A stretch of 62,142 nt of DNA, filler included, from Asterionella formosa (Eukaryota): NCBI GenBank assembly GCA_002256025.1. It is 18 parts of 18 records of this genome, joined end to end, with 100 filler letters (N's around TTAATTAATTAA, not from the genome) between each part and the next. Parts side by side here need not be neighbours in the genome. Positions count along the whole stretch, not along the records: positions 20,819 to 24,182 come from NKIB01014208.1; positions 24,283 to 27,641 come from NKIB01014209.1; positions 27,742 to 31,076 come from NKIB01014210.1; positions 31,177 to 34,532 come from NKIB01014211.1; 14 more parts are not named here. The stretch is one strand, 5' to 3'. Under the pieces are notes generated by a model. It saw only the letters and a program-made list of their open reading frames with translations. It had not been told where the DNA came from and did not search any database. Of the stretch, positions 23,411-34,124 are shown one piece after another. The translations under genes and the position numbers were made by a program. Position 1 is the stretch's first letter; each line of letters opens with the position of its first letter.

Positions 23411-23946
23411 TTTCACTTTTGTTCCTTGGCATCTGGGTTGCTCTTCTCATCTTTGAGGTTAAGTCCAAAATCGCAGGGTGCCGTTATTGGAATAAATCAC
23501 CATGCATGTTATGCAACACCGATTCTAAGGCCGATCATGAAAACTTTCTGTGCATGGCATGACCAGATTATATGTCAGTCTTTGCTTTGTTATCATTTCA
23601 ATTGTTACCTTCACTTCCTTGCAAAATTTATGATTCACACATGACAATCCTACCTCCATGATTTCCTGTTACTCTCCCTACTTCCCAATGTTACACACAA
23701 TTTGCTCAATTATCCCACAACCGCGGCCCTTTCTGAGCATATGCCTACTTGTGAAGAAAAACTAGCCAATACCAACTCCAGTTTATGGCTTTTCATTCAA
23801 TTTTCAATATGTTCATTTTGCATTATATTCAATTAAGCTTTTGTATGGATAAGTGATAAAGCACTTGATAACTAATAATAATACTGTACATATATTTCTA
23901 TATGATTCACGCCCATTTAGTTTAAGAATTGTTGGCTTTACATCTA

Positions 23947-24164
23947 CATCTAAGCCGCGTATTACGTGAAGTGACCATCACGTAAATAAGCCTAGTTGAT
24001 TTTGAATGCATCACATGAATTAGTTGAATACATCAAAATACGTAGTTGAACATGTCATCTAAGCCGCGTATTACGTGAAGTGACCATCACGTAAATAAGC
24101 CTAGTTGATTTTGAATGCATCACATGAATTAGTTGAATACATCAAAATACGTAGTTGAACATGT
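23947..24164 (+). repeat. Exact 109-nt tandem duplication beginning with a CATCTAAG-type terminus
   Basis: Units 23947-24055 and 24056-24164 are identical and start CATCTAAGCCGCG. A similar terminus occurs at 29870. Confidence 0.9.
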
Positions 24165-25031
24165 CTATATATTATCTGAATANNNNNNNNNNNNNNNNNN
24201 NNNNNNNNNNNNNNNNNNNNNNNNNNTTAATTAATTAANNNNNNNNNNNNNNNNNNNNNNNNNNNNNNNNNNNNNNNNNNNNATGTATTAATATGACAAT
24301 TATTTTCGTCTTGTGAAAAATGAGAGAGTTCTTCACCTCGCAAGAAAAACGCGACTTCATGTTGTTATCGGCGATCTCAATTTTCGTTGTCATTATTAAT
24401 GTTATTACTTTACTTCTTTTACGATTGTATTTTCCGTGTCGTTCTTAATACAGGTAGCAAGTAGCAAAGCGTCGTTCTCTATTTTCGTGGAGATAATTCG
24501 TATTTTCGTCATGGTCAAGGTTGCGACAACATCATGAAGGATTCGCCAGCTGCTCACAGGCACTACCTGTCGTCTCTTGTGTTTTGTATGTACAAAAGAA
24601 TCGCAAAATGGTAGCTAAATTATTATATAGTAGTGCCTACGAGGACAAAAAGAAATATAGCACGTTACTTTGTCTATGACAAGAAAATTATTGGGTGTTT
24701 GGTTCCACCTCGAGAAAAATGTACAGGGGGGTCCAGCAACCATGGGGGGGTCCAGGACAATGAAGTATACGGGTGGTTGGTTCAGGGTTTTGGCTAATAC
24801 TAGGCCTACGGGGTGGGGTCTACCGGTACCCAAAGGCAGGGCCCCATAATTGCACCCAGCCATAAGAATAGTACCTGGTACCTGGTAACGGTACCAGGTA
24901 TCAAAAATTGTTGTCTTCCATCGTCGTCCTCGACGAAAAACAGACGAGATGAGTCGATGTAATATACCGATACATATATGCATTTCTTACGACATAGATA
25001 AATCAGCAAACCCACAGAAAGAACCAAGACC

Positions 25032-26288
25032 ATGGTGGCGGAAAATGCGGACAGTTTGATGGTCAATCTGACTTTGACCGCAGTTCCAAATTCGGCGCGA
25101 GTTTCTTTATCTGTCTTGAAGTCCGATTCACCTTCTGATCTTCGCCGAAAGACTGCAGAAGCTACCAAGATTCCACTTGACACGTTGCGGCTCATCTTCC
25201 GCGGAAGACTCATTGGCGAGCAACTGGAAACGAATGTTGTCGATGAGTTTAAGCTGGAGGAAGGATGCGTCATTCATTGTATGGGAAAGCCAACCGAAAG
25301 TGCTCCTCATGCTGCTGCAACGACATCTCCAGCAGGACCTACTGTGACAATGACTAGTTCAACGTTTTTACCTCCAGCGGCAGGCGGAGGCGATCCTCTC
25401 CAAACGGCTTTGACGACTCTTCGTTCGTCGAATTCTGCCGCTGTTTTCGCAGCGGCTGTTTCTACTCTCGATAAGGTTCTGGCCAACATTACTTCTCATC
25501 CTCTGGAAGAAAAGTATCGCAAGCTTAAACGGGAGAATGCGGCTTTTCAACGTCGCCTTGGCGGACTTCGTGGTGGACACGATGCTATGCTAGCCGTTGG
25601 TTTTACAGTGGTAAGTACGGATGGAGACGAGTCATACGTGATTCAGCCTTCGCCTGAGGCTTGGCCCAAGTTGGTGTCAGCACAGGCCGTTATATCACAG
25701 GCTGTGAGAGATTCCCAATCAGCAGCTGGAGTAAGTGCTCCGCCTGTTTCAACAGCGAGGTCTCCCATGATGGGAATGCCTGGAATGGGGTCAGGGATAC
25801 CCGGAATGCCTCCTGGTGGTTTGACGCCAGAGATGCACGCTGCGGCTGCTCAAATGATGTCAGATCCGCATGCACTTCAAGGCATGTTGCAGGTACGCAA
25901 AACTTGAATCACTCGTCTAGGGCGTATTCCACGCTGGGCTAACGCATTTCATTCACAGAATCCCATGGTTCAAAATATGATTCGAAACGATCCCCGCTTC
26001 GCAAACAACCCCATGCTTCAACAGTCTATCGAGCAGCTTGCTAACAACCCAGAGATGATGAGCCAAATGAGTCAAATGATGAATGATCCAGCCATGCGGA
26101 GTCGGATGCAAGCCATGATGGGTGGGACGGGAGGAATGCCTGGTGGGGGTATTATGCCTCCAACTCAGCCATCCGCACAGCAAGTTCGTCAACAACGTAC
26201 CGACACTGCTGTTGAAATGTCTGACCAGGAAATGACGGAAGAAGAAATGCTCCAAGAAGCGATTCAAAGATCTTTGCGAGAATCTTAA
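25032..26288 (+). CDS. UBL-PUB-STI1-UIM ubiquitin-pathway adaptor (396 aa; exons 25032-25892, 25959-26288)
   Basis: UBL (LRLIFRGRLI...FKLEEGCVIH), PUB (KVLANITSHPLEEKYRKLKRENAAFQRRL...MLAVGF), STI1-like NPM/NNPEMM repeats, UIM (EEEMLQEAIQRSL). Phase-0 66-nt intron GTACGC...GCTAAC...CAG. Confidence 0.85.
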
Positions 26289-26398
26289 GTGATAAATCTT
26301 TAGTAGCAATTATGACGAGTAAACATTTAACGTACAATTACTGCTGCGATGGCGATGTGTGCTGTAGTCGATAGATTGAATTTTAATGCATGTATCAA

Positions 26399-27169
26399 TT
26401 ATGGAAAAGTTGCTGGAGTATTCCACAGACCTGGTGTACGCTCTCTGAACTCATTGATCGTGTCTATTGATATATCCACAGCTAGATCTTGATCGTTCGG
26501 GATATCCCCAGCCTTGGTTGCTTCCGAGGCTTTGGTGCCCACAGTTTTTCTTCCTTTGACAAGAACAGTTCTCATTCCTAGCTCCTTTGCTTTTCGAATA
26601 TTCTTCATGCTATCCTCAACCATGATGCATTCTTCCCCTTTCACACCAAACTTGTCGAATATCTTTTGAAAGGCCTCACGTTCAGGCTTGCAGTGCGGGA
26701 GGACATCGTCCACAGCAAAAAGTCCATCTTCGCCGAACAATTCCCACACCCCGAGCTCCTGTAAGACCCTTCTTACGTATTTTCGTGGCCCATTTGAAAA
26801 GGCAACAATCTGTAGAGGACATGCCTCCAGATCAGCTTTGAGTTGCAAGTTAGGACCCCCCAACAACTGAAAGTCTAGATTAGTGGCCCACCATTCGGCT
26901 AGATCTTCTACGTGAAAGCGTGGTGTCGGAGCCCCTTCGATAGCAGGTAATCTCCCTTCTTGTTCGGCGACAGTGAGTGCCTTTGAGGTGGAATGGTGAA
27001 GTTGAAAGTATTCATCGCGAACTACCTTGGCTTCTTCAATGGATGGAAACCCTAGCTTCGACACCATGAAGGTAAGAGAGCCTTGGCCATTTCTACTTGC
27101 AGTGAAACCAGTGCCAACGTCATACAAGGTATCGTCAACATCGAAGATGATGGTTGTAATGTTTGACAT
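26399..27169 (-). CDS. HAD-superfamily hydrolase, pyrimidine 5'-nucleotidase (SDT1-like)
   Basis: HAD motifs I (IIFDVDDTLY), II (FSNG), III (CKP) and IV (MVEDSMKNI). Confidence 0.88.
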   Translation of the reverse strand: MSNITTIIFDVDDTLYDVGTGFTASRNGQGSLTFMVSKLGFPSIEEAKVVRDEYFQLHHSTSKALTVAEQEGRLPAIEGAPTPRFHVEDLAEWWATNLDFQLLGGPNLQLKADLEACPLQIVAFSNGPRKYVRRVLQELGVWELFGEDGLFAVDDVLPHCKPEREAFQKIFDKFGVKGEECIMVEDSMKNIRKAKELGMRTVLVKGRKTVGTKASEATKAGDIPNDQDLAVDISIDTINEFRERTPGLWNTPATFP

Positions 27170-27260
27170 GTTCGAGACAAAGGAACAATTGCACCAGCAA
27201 AACTAAACCAGCGCAAGTCATCGAAGCCGAAACACTTACCGGTACTCCTAAATGCTGAAG

Positions 27261-27641
27261 GCAATTCCCGCTCCAGCTATCGTCTTGCCATTCGGGTACT
27301 TCTAAGTAATTTTTAGTCTCTAAGTAATTTTTATTTAAGGGCAATAAGGGGCACATCGAATTTTTCGGCAATAAAATTGCCGATTTTAGCATGACAACCA
27401 AAATAACGGTAATATGCATGAAGATGGTACAACAAGCGTAAAACACACGAGAATGATTGTAACATGCAACATCAATGAAAATTGAACATGATGTTTGGAG
27501 CAACCAAAGTATGCAATGCGATGTAATGAGTAGCATCAAATGAGAAATAGAAAAAATTGTTTTGGGTTAGAAATGAAATAAAAAATAAGAGTTCCAATGG
27601 AGACGTATGCATTGTGAATCATTGTAGTACTTACACACCAG
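27261..27641 (+). mobile_element. GCAATTCCCGC-TIR non-autonomous DNA transposon, left end
   Basis: Highly similar to 48731 onward, 50872 onward and the reverse complement at 41545-42061. Confidence 0.85.
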
Positions 27642-27741
27642 NNNNNNNNNNNNNNNNNNNNNNNNNNNNNNNNNNNNNNNNNNNNTTAATTAATTAANNN
27701 NNNNNNNNNNNNNNNNNNNNNNNNNNNNNNNNNNNNNNNNN

Positions 27742-28840
27742 ATGTCAGTGCCTTCTCCTGTGAGGTGCCAGGAGTTGAAAGTGCTGCTCCATTATCAAAC
27801 GAATTTTCAACAATGAATCCTACCCAATTTTCACTTGGGCTTGCTGATGGAGTTTCTGATGGATGTGGCGTGTTGAAAGATGGTTCTGGTTTCAGGAGCT
27901 GAATGGGAATAGCAATTACAGAAACTAAGATGCCAATTACCAAAAATAGCACCAAGGCAGTTCTAACTTGACGTCGACACTGGGCTTTTTCTTCTGCTTC
28001 TATGTCAACAAGGGAGGCACTGGCAAGTTCTGGATTAACCACAAGCTCAGCATTGAATAGTGTTGCAGGTTCCAGCTGGCCATGTTCACTCCTAATCTCA
28101 TTGGTGTCAAAGTCAACATTACCATTCACAAAGGAATAGTTCTGTGGAGATGTCCCTTGTCCCTGTACTGGAAACGCACCAGGAAGTGCCTGATGTGGTG
28201 GTGGTGCCATGACTTCTTGAATTGGAACTGTTGATGAGAGTACTGTGACAAAGATACCAGAAGAATGGTTGTCATCTTGAGGGAAATCTGGTATCTCTTG
28301 CGAGGTATTGGCTTTATTGTCTTCTTTTTCAACTTTTGCTGCCTTTGCAAATAGGGTTTCATTGCTGTAGTCAACAGACTTCTTGGAAACTTTAGGCACT
28401 GCCGCCAGATAATCCAATAAAGTAGCATCTTCCAACTCTTCCTCCTTTGCTTCTTCTGCAAAAGGGTGGTCATGATATTGGCCAGCGGTAGCAGGAGTAG
28501 CAGCAATTGCGTATGAACTTTTGTCCACACTGTCTTGCTTGTCTTGAGGATTAATGATGTTTGAATTAGACATGTTGGCAGAGATTGGAAATCTGCTGGA
28601 ATCTGGATCATCCTTTTCTGAAGATGTGGGTGCCAACTTCTTTTTCATTTGCACTGGCGCACAACTTCTCCCAGAAATAAGGCGCTTCTCTGCGAGGAAC
28701 GACGATACTTCCTCGTCACTATGAGTTCCTTCTTGGAAAGTCGACAAAGCAGGTGGCTTCTTCTCATCCAGGGTGTCGCTGGATTCCTTCTTCTTAGCTC
28801 CACCGTCATCGTTCTTCTTGTTATTGTTGCTTGACGACAT
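27742..28840 (-). CDS. N-terminal part of a diatom-type LRR receptor-like membrane protein (3'-truncated)
   Basis: Disordered N-terminus, PGAF.V.G and F.AELV motifs, single TM, P/S/T stalk, ENSFDNGAAL...SQ..A shared with the 39805 gene. First in-frame ATG at 28840. Confidence 0.75.
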
Positions 28841-30358
28841 GGTTTGCCTTCCTGTAAACGGTCTCGAAGGCGGAGAGAGAACGGAATTAAAAGACAATGA
28901 TTAATAATGACACAAAATCTAATATTCGTTCCTGACCATTCTACCCGGTATGCGTGTGAAAAGGCTTTTCGGTCAATATGGATGCACAAAAAATCACTCC
29001 CAAAAATATCGTCAAACCAGCGCACGCTTGAGTATTCAAAGGATATACTGTTGCCCGAATGTAAAAGCTCTCCAAATAGCATGCATAGAAGGAAAGAAGA
29101 TTGCATACACCAAAAAATTCCATGGGAACGACTTCCCTGGCACAAGTCATGATTATTTGCACAAACCGGAAATTTTCGAACAGAAACTTGAATAACAATT
29201 GCATACACCAAAATTCTATTAGAAATATTTGAAAGAAATGATCGACCTTGCCTGGCACAAGTCATGATAAGTAGCATATACCGTTAGATTTTTAACAGAC
29301 ACTTGAATATTAATAATTCTGTTGCAATAATTTGAAAACGATGACTAACCTGCCTTGCGCAAGTCATGAAGAGTTGATTGACATTTTTGACGAAATTCTA
29401 ACAAAGTTAACAAAGTAGTATTTTCTGCGTGGCTCTGGTAGTGTTCTACTCCGGACAGGTCAATACTGTCTGGTACCCCTCCCTTGCTTGACCATTGTGA
29501 AAACATGGTATAGAGAAAGGCAAAAATTCTACCCAGTAGTACAGGGGGCAGAATTTTTTTCACATTTTGGTAGAATATTCTACCAATGGGGCAATGGAAC
29601 CCTGCGGTATGCCATTGTATTGTCCAAGAAATTCTACCTTGTTCTGGAGTACTGGTACCGGTACCAGGCATATGAAGTGTAGCTGGTGACTTCTTTTGGG
29701 TATGACTCGTTCCTGTAACTGTGTAGCTTATTACCTTTTGATAGATCTATATTGTTAGACAAAGAAGACTATAGATAGAGATGTTTGTTTCTCTTTCCAT
29801 TTCTATATTCTTATTGTGAGTTTACTAATCTAGTTTAGGTTGTTCTGTTTGAGCAAACAAACAAACTATCATCTAAGCCGCGAAATACACCACTTTTCGA
29901 AATTTCGTCTACGTATGAGTGTTAATTATGTGGTAGCTACTTCACATGCATTGATGCCACTCTTCACGTAAAAAGATTACTTTTAACGGTTTCATGTGAA
30001 GTTTTAACTGTTTCATGTGAAGTTTTCACAATGAATTTTGAAAGAGAGACTGAATTAGTTTATGTTTCAAATAATTCATTTGAAAGTTAAACTAGTAAGA
30101 TCCTGCTCTTGAGGCTAATACATTCACAACACGCATTTTACTTAATAAAATAGTAAGGATATTTGTGGTGTCTAGTGTCATCCTCCATCTGAGATCAAAG
30201 TTTTACGGTGGTACACATCACATGATGAAGAACTCACACTTTCCGGTAAAAAAGCTCCCTCTTCCCAGTTTTCATGTTATCCTTCCTACACTATCACTCC
30301 AAGTGCTCCTGCCTCACTCCGTGCGGCCCCCTATTCCGGTCCACCTCAACATCTCTCC

Positions 30359-31076
30359 ATGTCTTCCCACAGTCCCGGCATGAGCCACCTTCAGGCCGAA
30401 CTTGCCCGCATGACTCCTTTTACTACCACAGTCCCTCCCCTTCGGTCCGCCACCTTCGGCTCTCCAGCTTACTATACTCCCGATGGTCCTCCTTCCATTC
30501 CTCCATACCACCAACCTGCCCATTCCTCCGGTCCGATCCCCTCCTTTGTTGATGGCTTCCCCCATCCCTTTCATCAGGGATACTCCGGCACGGACCGTTC
30601 CTGTGAACGGTCCCAGAAACGCTATTATGTGGTATACCGAGGGCGCCATCGTGGCATTTTTCACAGTTGGCCTCTTGCATGGGCCCTCACTGCTGGTTAC
30701 CGCTAGGGTACCCTACGGGGCCAGGTCGGTGGTTTCACTACTTTTTCTGATGCCGCTTCCGCCTATCTGCACCATGCAGGGGATGTCGATCCTTATGCTC
30801 TGTTTCCATTCCCCTTGGGGCCTTAGTAGACGTGGATCCCATTTCCTTTTATGCACATCTCTTCCATCAACCCCATGTCCCTTTTCCCCAACGTCCCCTC
30901 CCTATCCCCGCCGATGCCTCCCCCCTCGGCAGTGTGGAGCATGCTTCCTTTCATTCTCCTCGGTCCTCCCCTCAGCCGGACGCTTCCTCTCCCCCTCCGC
31001 CCCTCCCCCTTCAGTCTGCGGCGGACGACTCTTTTACAATTGTCTCATCCCACCTTCCAGATTCCCTGGCATCCTC
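30359..31076 (+). pseudogene. Pro-rich ORF with an RNase H1 N-terminal/Cauli_VI-like domain (probable retroelement ORF1), disrupted
   Basis: KRYYVVYRGRHRGIFHSW...TAGYR*GTLRGQVGGFTTFSDAASAYL, with an in-frame TAG at 30704-30706. C-rich composition resembles the Copia at 5479-6844. Confidence 0.6.
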
Positions 31077-31879
31077 NNNNNNNNNNNNNNNNNNNNNNNN
31101 NNNNNNNNNNNNNNNNNNNNTTAATTAATTAANNNNNNNNNNNNNNNNNNNNNNNNNNNNNNNNNNNNNNNNNNNNTCTGTTGTAGTATTTGTTTGGCTG
31201 ATCTTCTCCACCTCATGTCATGGCATCGCTGCATCATTACCGGTACCTGGTACCAGTAAATTGCTTTGAGCCACATTATTATATTGTTTTCCGACTAATT
31301 CTAGAATTATGCTAAAATCGATCCCCTCTTTCTCCATTTGGCATGATATTAGTTACCGGTAATTCATTAAGATGCATGAGAATTAGATCAATTTTTTACT
31401 TAATCATGTAATAACTGAGATCTATCCGTTTTAAAAGTGATGAAACCGCCACATTGATCAGAATTTTAACATACATGTACTTATTTTTATAGGCGACAGT
31501 TTGAAAATATTATATCGTTTTTTTCGGAGGAATGTAGTTGCATCGTTCTTATACTGGTGGTGTTCCCATTTTATGTTGTCGGTTCCATCAAAGACTCCTC
31601 GCATTTTTCGCAGCCAGTAGTCGTTGAGTCACTCGTTCTTAGACTGGCGGTCCTCCCATCATATCTTGTCATGTAATTGGAGCAACCTAAGGTTGAGGAA
31701 GTGGCGCCATTGCAGTTGCAACTGGTATTGCAGTGTCGCCATGCATTATGGTGTCATGATGGTATCTGGGAAGTAGAAATTGCTTCGTTGTTGGTAATGG
31801 ATGATTGCCTGCTCACTTGTACCATGTTGCCATTGTTTTCGTTTGCGTCACCACTGTTCACTCTGCAGGCTGTTTTTTA

Positions 31880-32900
31880 GTGTTCTAATTGCATAAACCT
31901 AGTTTGCAAGCGCCATGTGTGGTCTGCATATATTTTCCTATTCTCTCGCTCACTTTGCACTTCTTCCGCATGACTCTTCCTTTTCACCTGGTCATCGACC
32001 ACTTCAGGAACCAACAAGTACCTGCCTGCAGCAACATGAAGACCGGCTGTGTATGGTTTATTTCTTGCAATCGCCCTAAGTGCTGTTTCATTTCGTTGAT
32101 GGGCAAGTTTTTCCAGATTTATTCCATTTCTAGCATTCTCATGATTGCGATACTGTACAACCTGATCAACTAGGGTTCCAGTGATACCTTCTTGTCACAA
32201 CTTTAGTCGGGATGGGGGAATGAAAGAGAAAAACTGGTTGATTATTGTTTGCTTCTGTTTGTATATTCAATACTTGTCAGTTGCGTTTCCGGGTGGAGCT
32301 ACAAGTTGTAGTTCCATGGACCCAACCTTATTCAGCAACAGCTTTTTGGTTGTAGCGATATTGGCTTTCGAAACCAGATCAACAACATCATCCTTTTCAG
32401 CAGCAAATGCAGCATGGCGCCTTTCCTTTTTGAGTGTGTAAATCTCTCTTGCATTTCATGAGTTGGATCTTTAAGCTTGAATTTGTAGTCAGGGTCGAAG
32501 TTGATGAGGTATGTCCTGCCAACGACTTTGAATCATTTAGTGTCATAGTAGCATGTAATTGTAATAGTGAATTAGTTGCCTTTCCCGCCTGATTTAGCTT
32601 TTACAAATGGTACTGGACTATAGCTTTTTAGCCTAGCCAGTGTAGCCGCCTTCGATGCAACAATATTCGATATTGCACCATATAGTAGTTTGCCATTGTT
32701 ATTTGACTTCAATTTTCTAATGCCATAGTACTAACTATGTATTTTTTAAATAAGTGACACTACAGTCTTATCCAAAGAAATAGGCATCATCTTGTACTTT
32801 TGGATGGTTGAGGCTGTTTTCTTGCTGTAGGTTTCATCGTTTTTAAAGAGATGAATGCGATCTGCATCATTTTTTGGTATGTCGGAAGCAATTTCTGCTG
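31880..32900 (-). pseudogene. Degenerate transposase-like coding remnant (possibly pogo/DDE_1 family)
   Basis: Broken frames include EGITGTLVDQVVQYRNHENARNG...YTAGLHVAAGRY and YGAISNIV. No catalytic core is visible. Confidence 0.3.
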
Positions 32901-33364
32901 TGAATTACGGTCTATGACATGAAAATGTGGCTCCATTTTTTAGCCGTTAAGAAATATTGCATCCATATACTAAGAGTGACTAGTTGATTCAATTACTGCT
33001 ATAGTACATGGTCCATGGCGGTTAAACGCAACTTCATATATATTAGATATTAAGTTTTCAACACAAATGTATATGTGTATTTCCGGGAGATGCCGGCTCA
33101 ATAGTACAGTATAAAATATTTTTTGCCACTTTTGGGATGATCGCTATTTTCCGACACATTTATCTGATTATGTAAAACACAAGACCTAATCGACAACTAG
33201 ATATGTTGTATCCGGTGCAACATCAGGAACAACTTTGTCGTACTAAAAATAGTCATACCTAGAAAATTAGAAAACATCTATATATACACTGTGAATATTG
33301 TATCGTTAAGTGGCTCAAAGCCATTCGAAGTCTCTCAAAGAAGCCATTTTAAACTGGTCCCGTA

Positions 33365-34124
33365 CCGTAAAACCGGGTGTCTCGTATCCCCCCAGTTACC
33401 TGTACCCCCTTCGTACATCTGTCACAACACCCCCAAATATTTTTATGTCTACAGAAAAATTAAGAGCGTATTATTGTATTCTTACCGGTCACCATCATGA
33501 AACAACAATCAACAACAACACGAGTAATGGAAATTTGCGATGGCTTTATCCTTGGCCTGAGATCTTTTTCAACAGTCGAAGCTGCAACTTGCACACTTAT
33601 TATGGAGAGATTATCAAGCTAAATGCTAGAGGCTCAGGCAGTGCTGGCCTTGATGTTGTCAGCTTGCCGGAAGCGTTCACAGAATCATTTCGTCTGCTGC
33701 CTCAAGATTCAGAAATATTTCGTGTATGTCATAATTCTGGTCCAATAATCGTATAAGTGATGTGGTTGGCTTATTTTAATATCCATCACGATCCAAGTTG
33801 TAGAAACTACGCAAGCTAATACCGTTGTAAGATTATGTACAAATGTGTACACACTCTAGGAATTACTATTGATGCCATCAAAAAACTCGGGCGCACAAGT
33901 GCACCTAAAAAAGAAATTCTATTGATCATAAAAGCCAATTGAATCTACAACAATATATCTTTTAATGTTTCTATGTACGTTTTAGACTATGGAGAAAATG
34001 GTGGTGAAGATGGTTTGCTCATAATGTTGGATTATCAAAAAAGGTCCAATGTCTTGTACTCCCCTCTGAGTAAAATCAGTCATGGCTGTTTACATTGAGG
34101 GGTATGAGACACCAGGTTTTACCG
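33365..34124. mobile_element. Tc1/mariner-pogo-type MITE or deletion derivative (760 bp)
   Basis: Imperfect TIRs of about 27 nt: CCGTAAAACCGGGTGTCTCGTATCCCC and GGGGTATGAGACACCAGGTTTTACCG. Flanked by TA at 33363-33364 and 34125-34126. Confidence 0.8.

Noticed and set aside
23947..24164. Exact 109-nt duplication as a functional element
   Set aside because: It is a perfect duplicate within 20 nt of a contig end and may be an assembly artefact; recorded only as a repeat.
27135..27539. Recurrent ORF family MxLITSHxILW...YLEVPEWQDDS (also 41864, 48816, 50869)
   Set aside because: These are chance frames in copies of the same non-coding TIR element; starts, stops and frames vary between copies.
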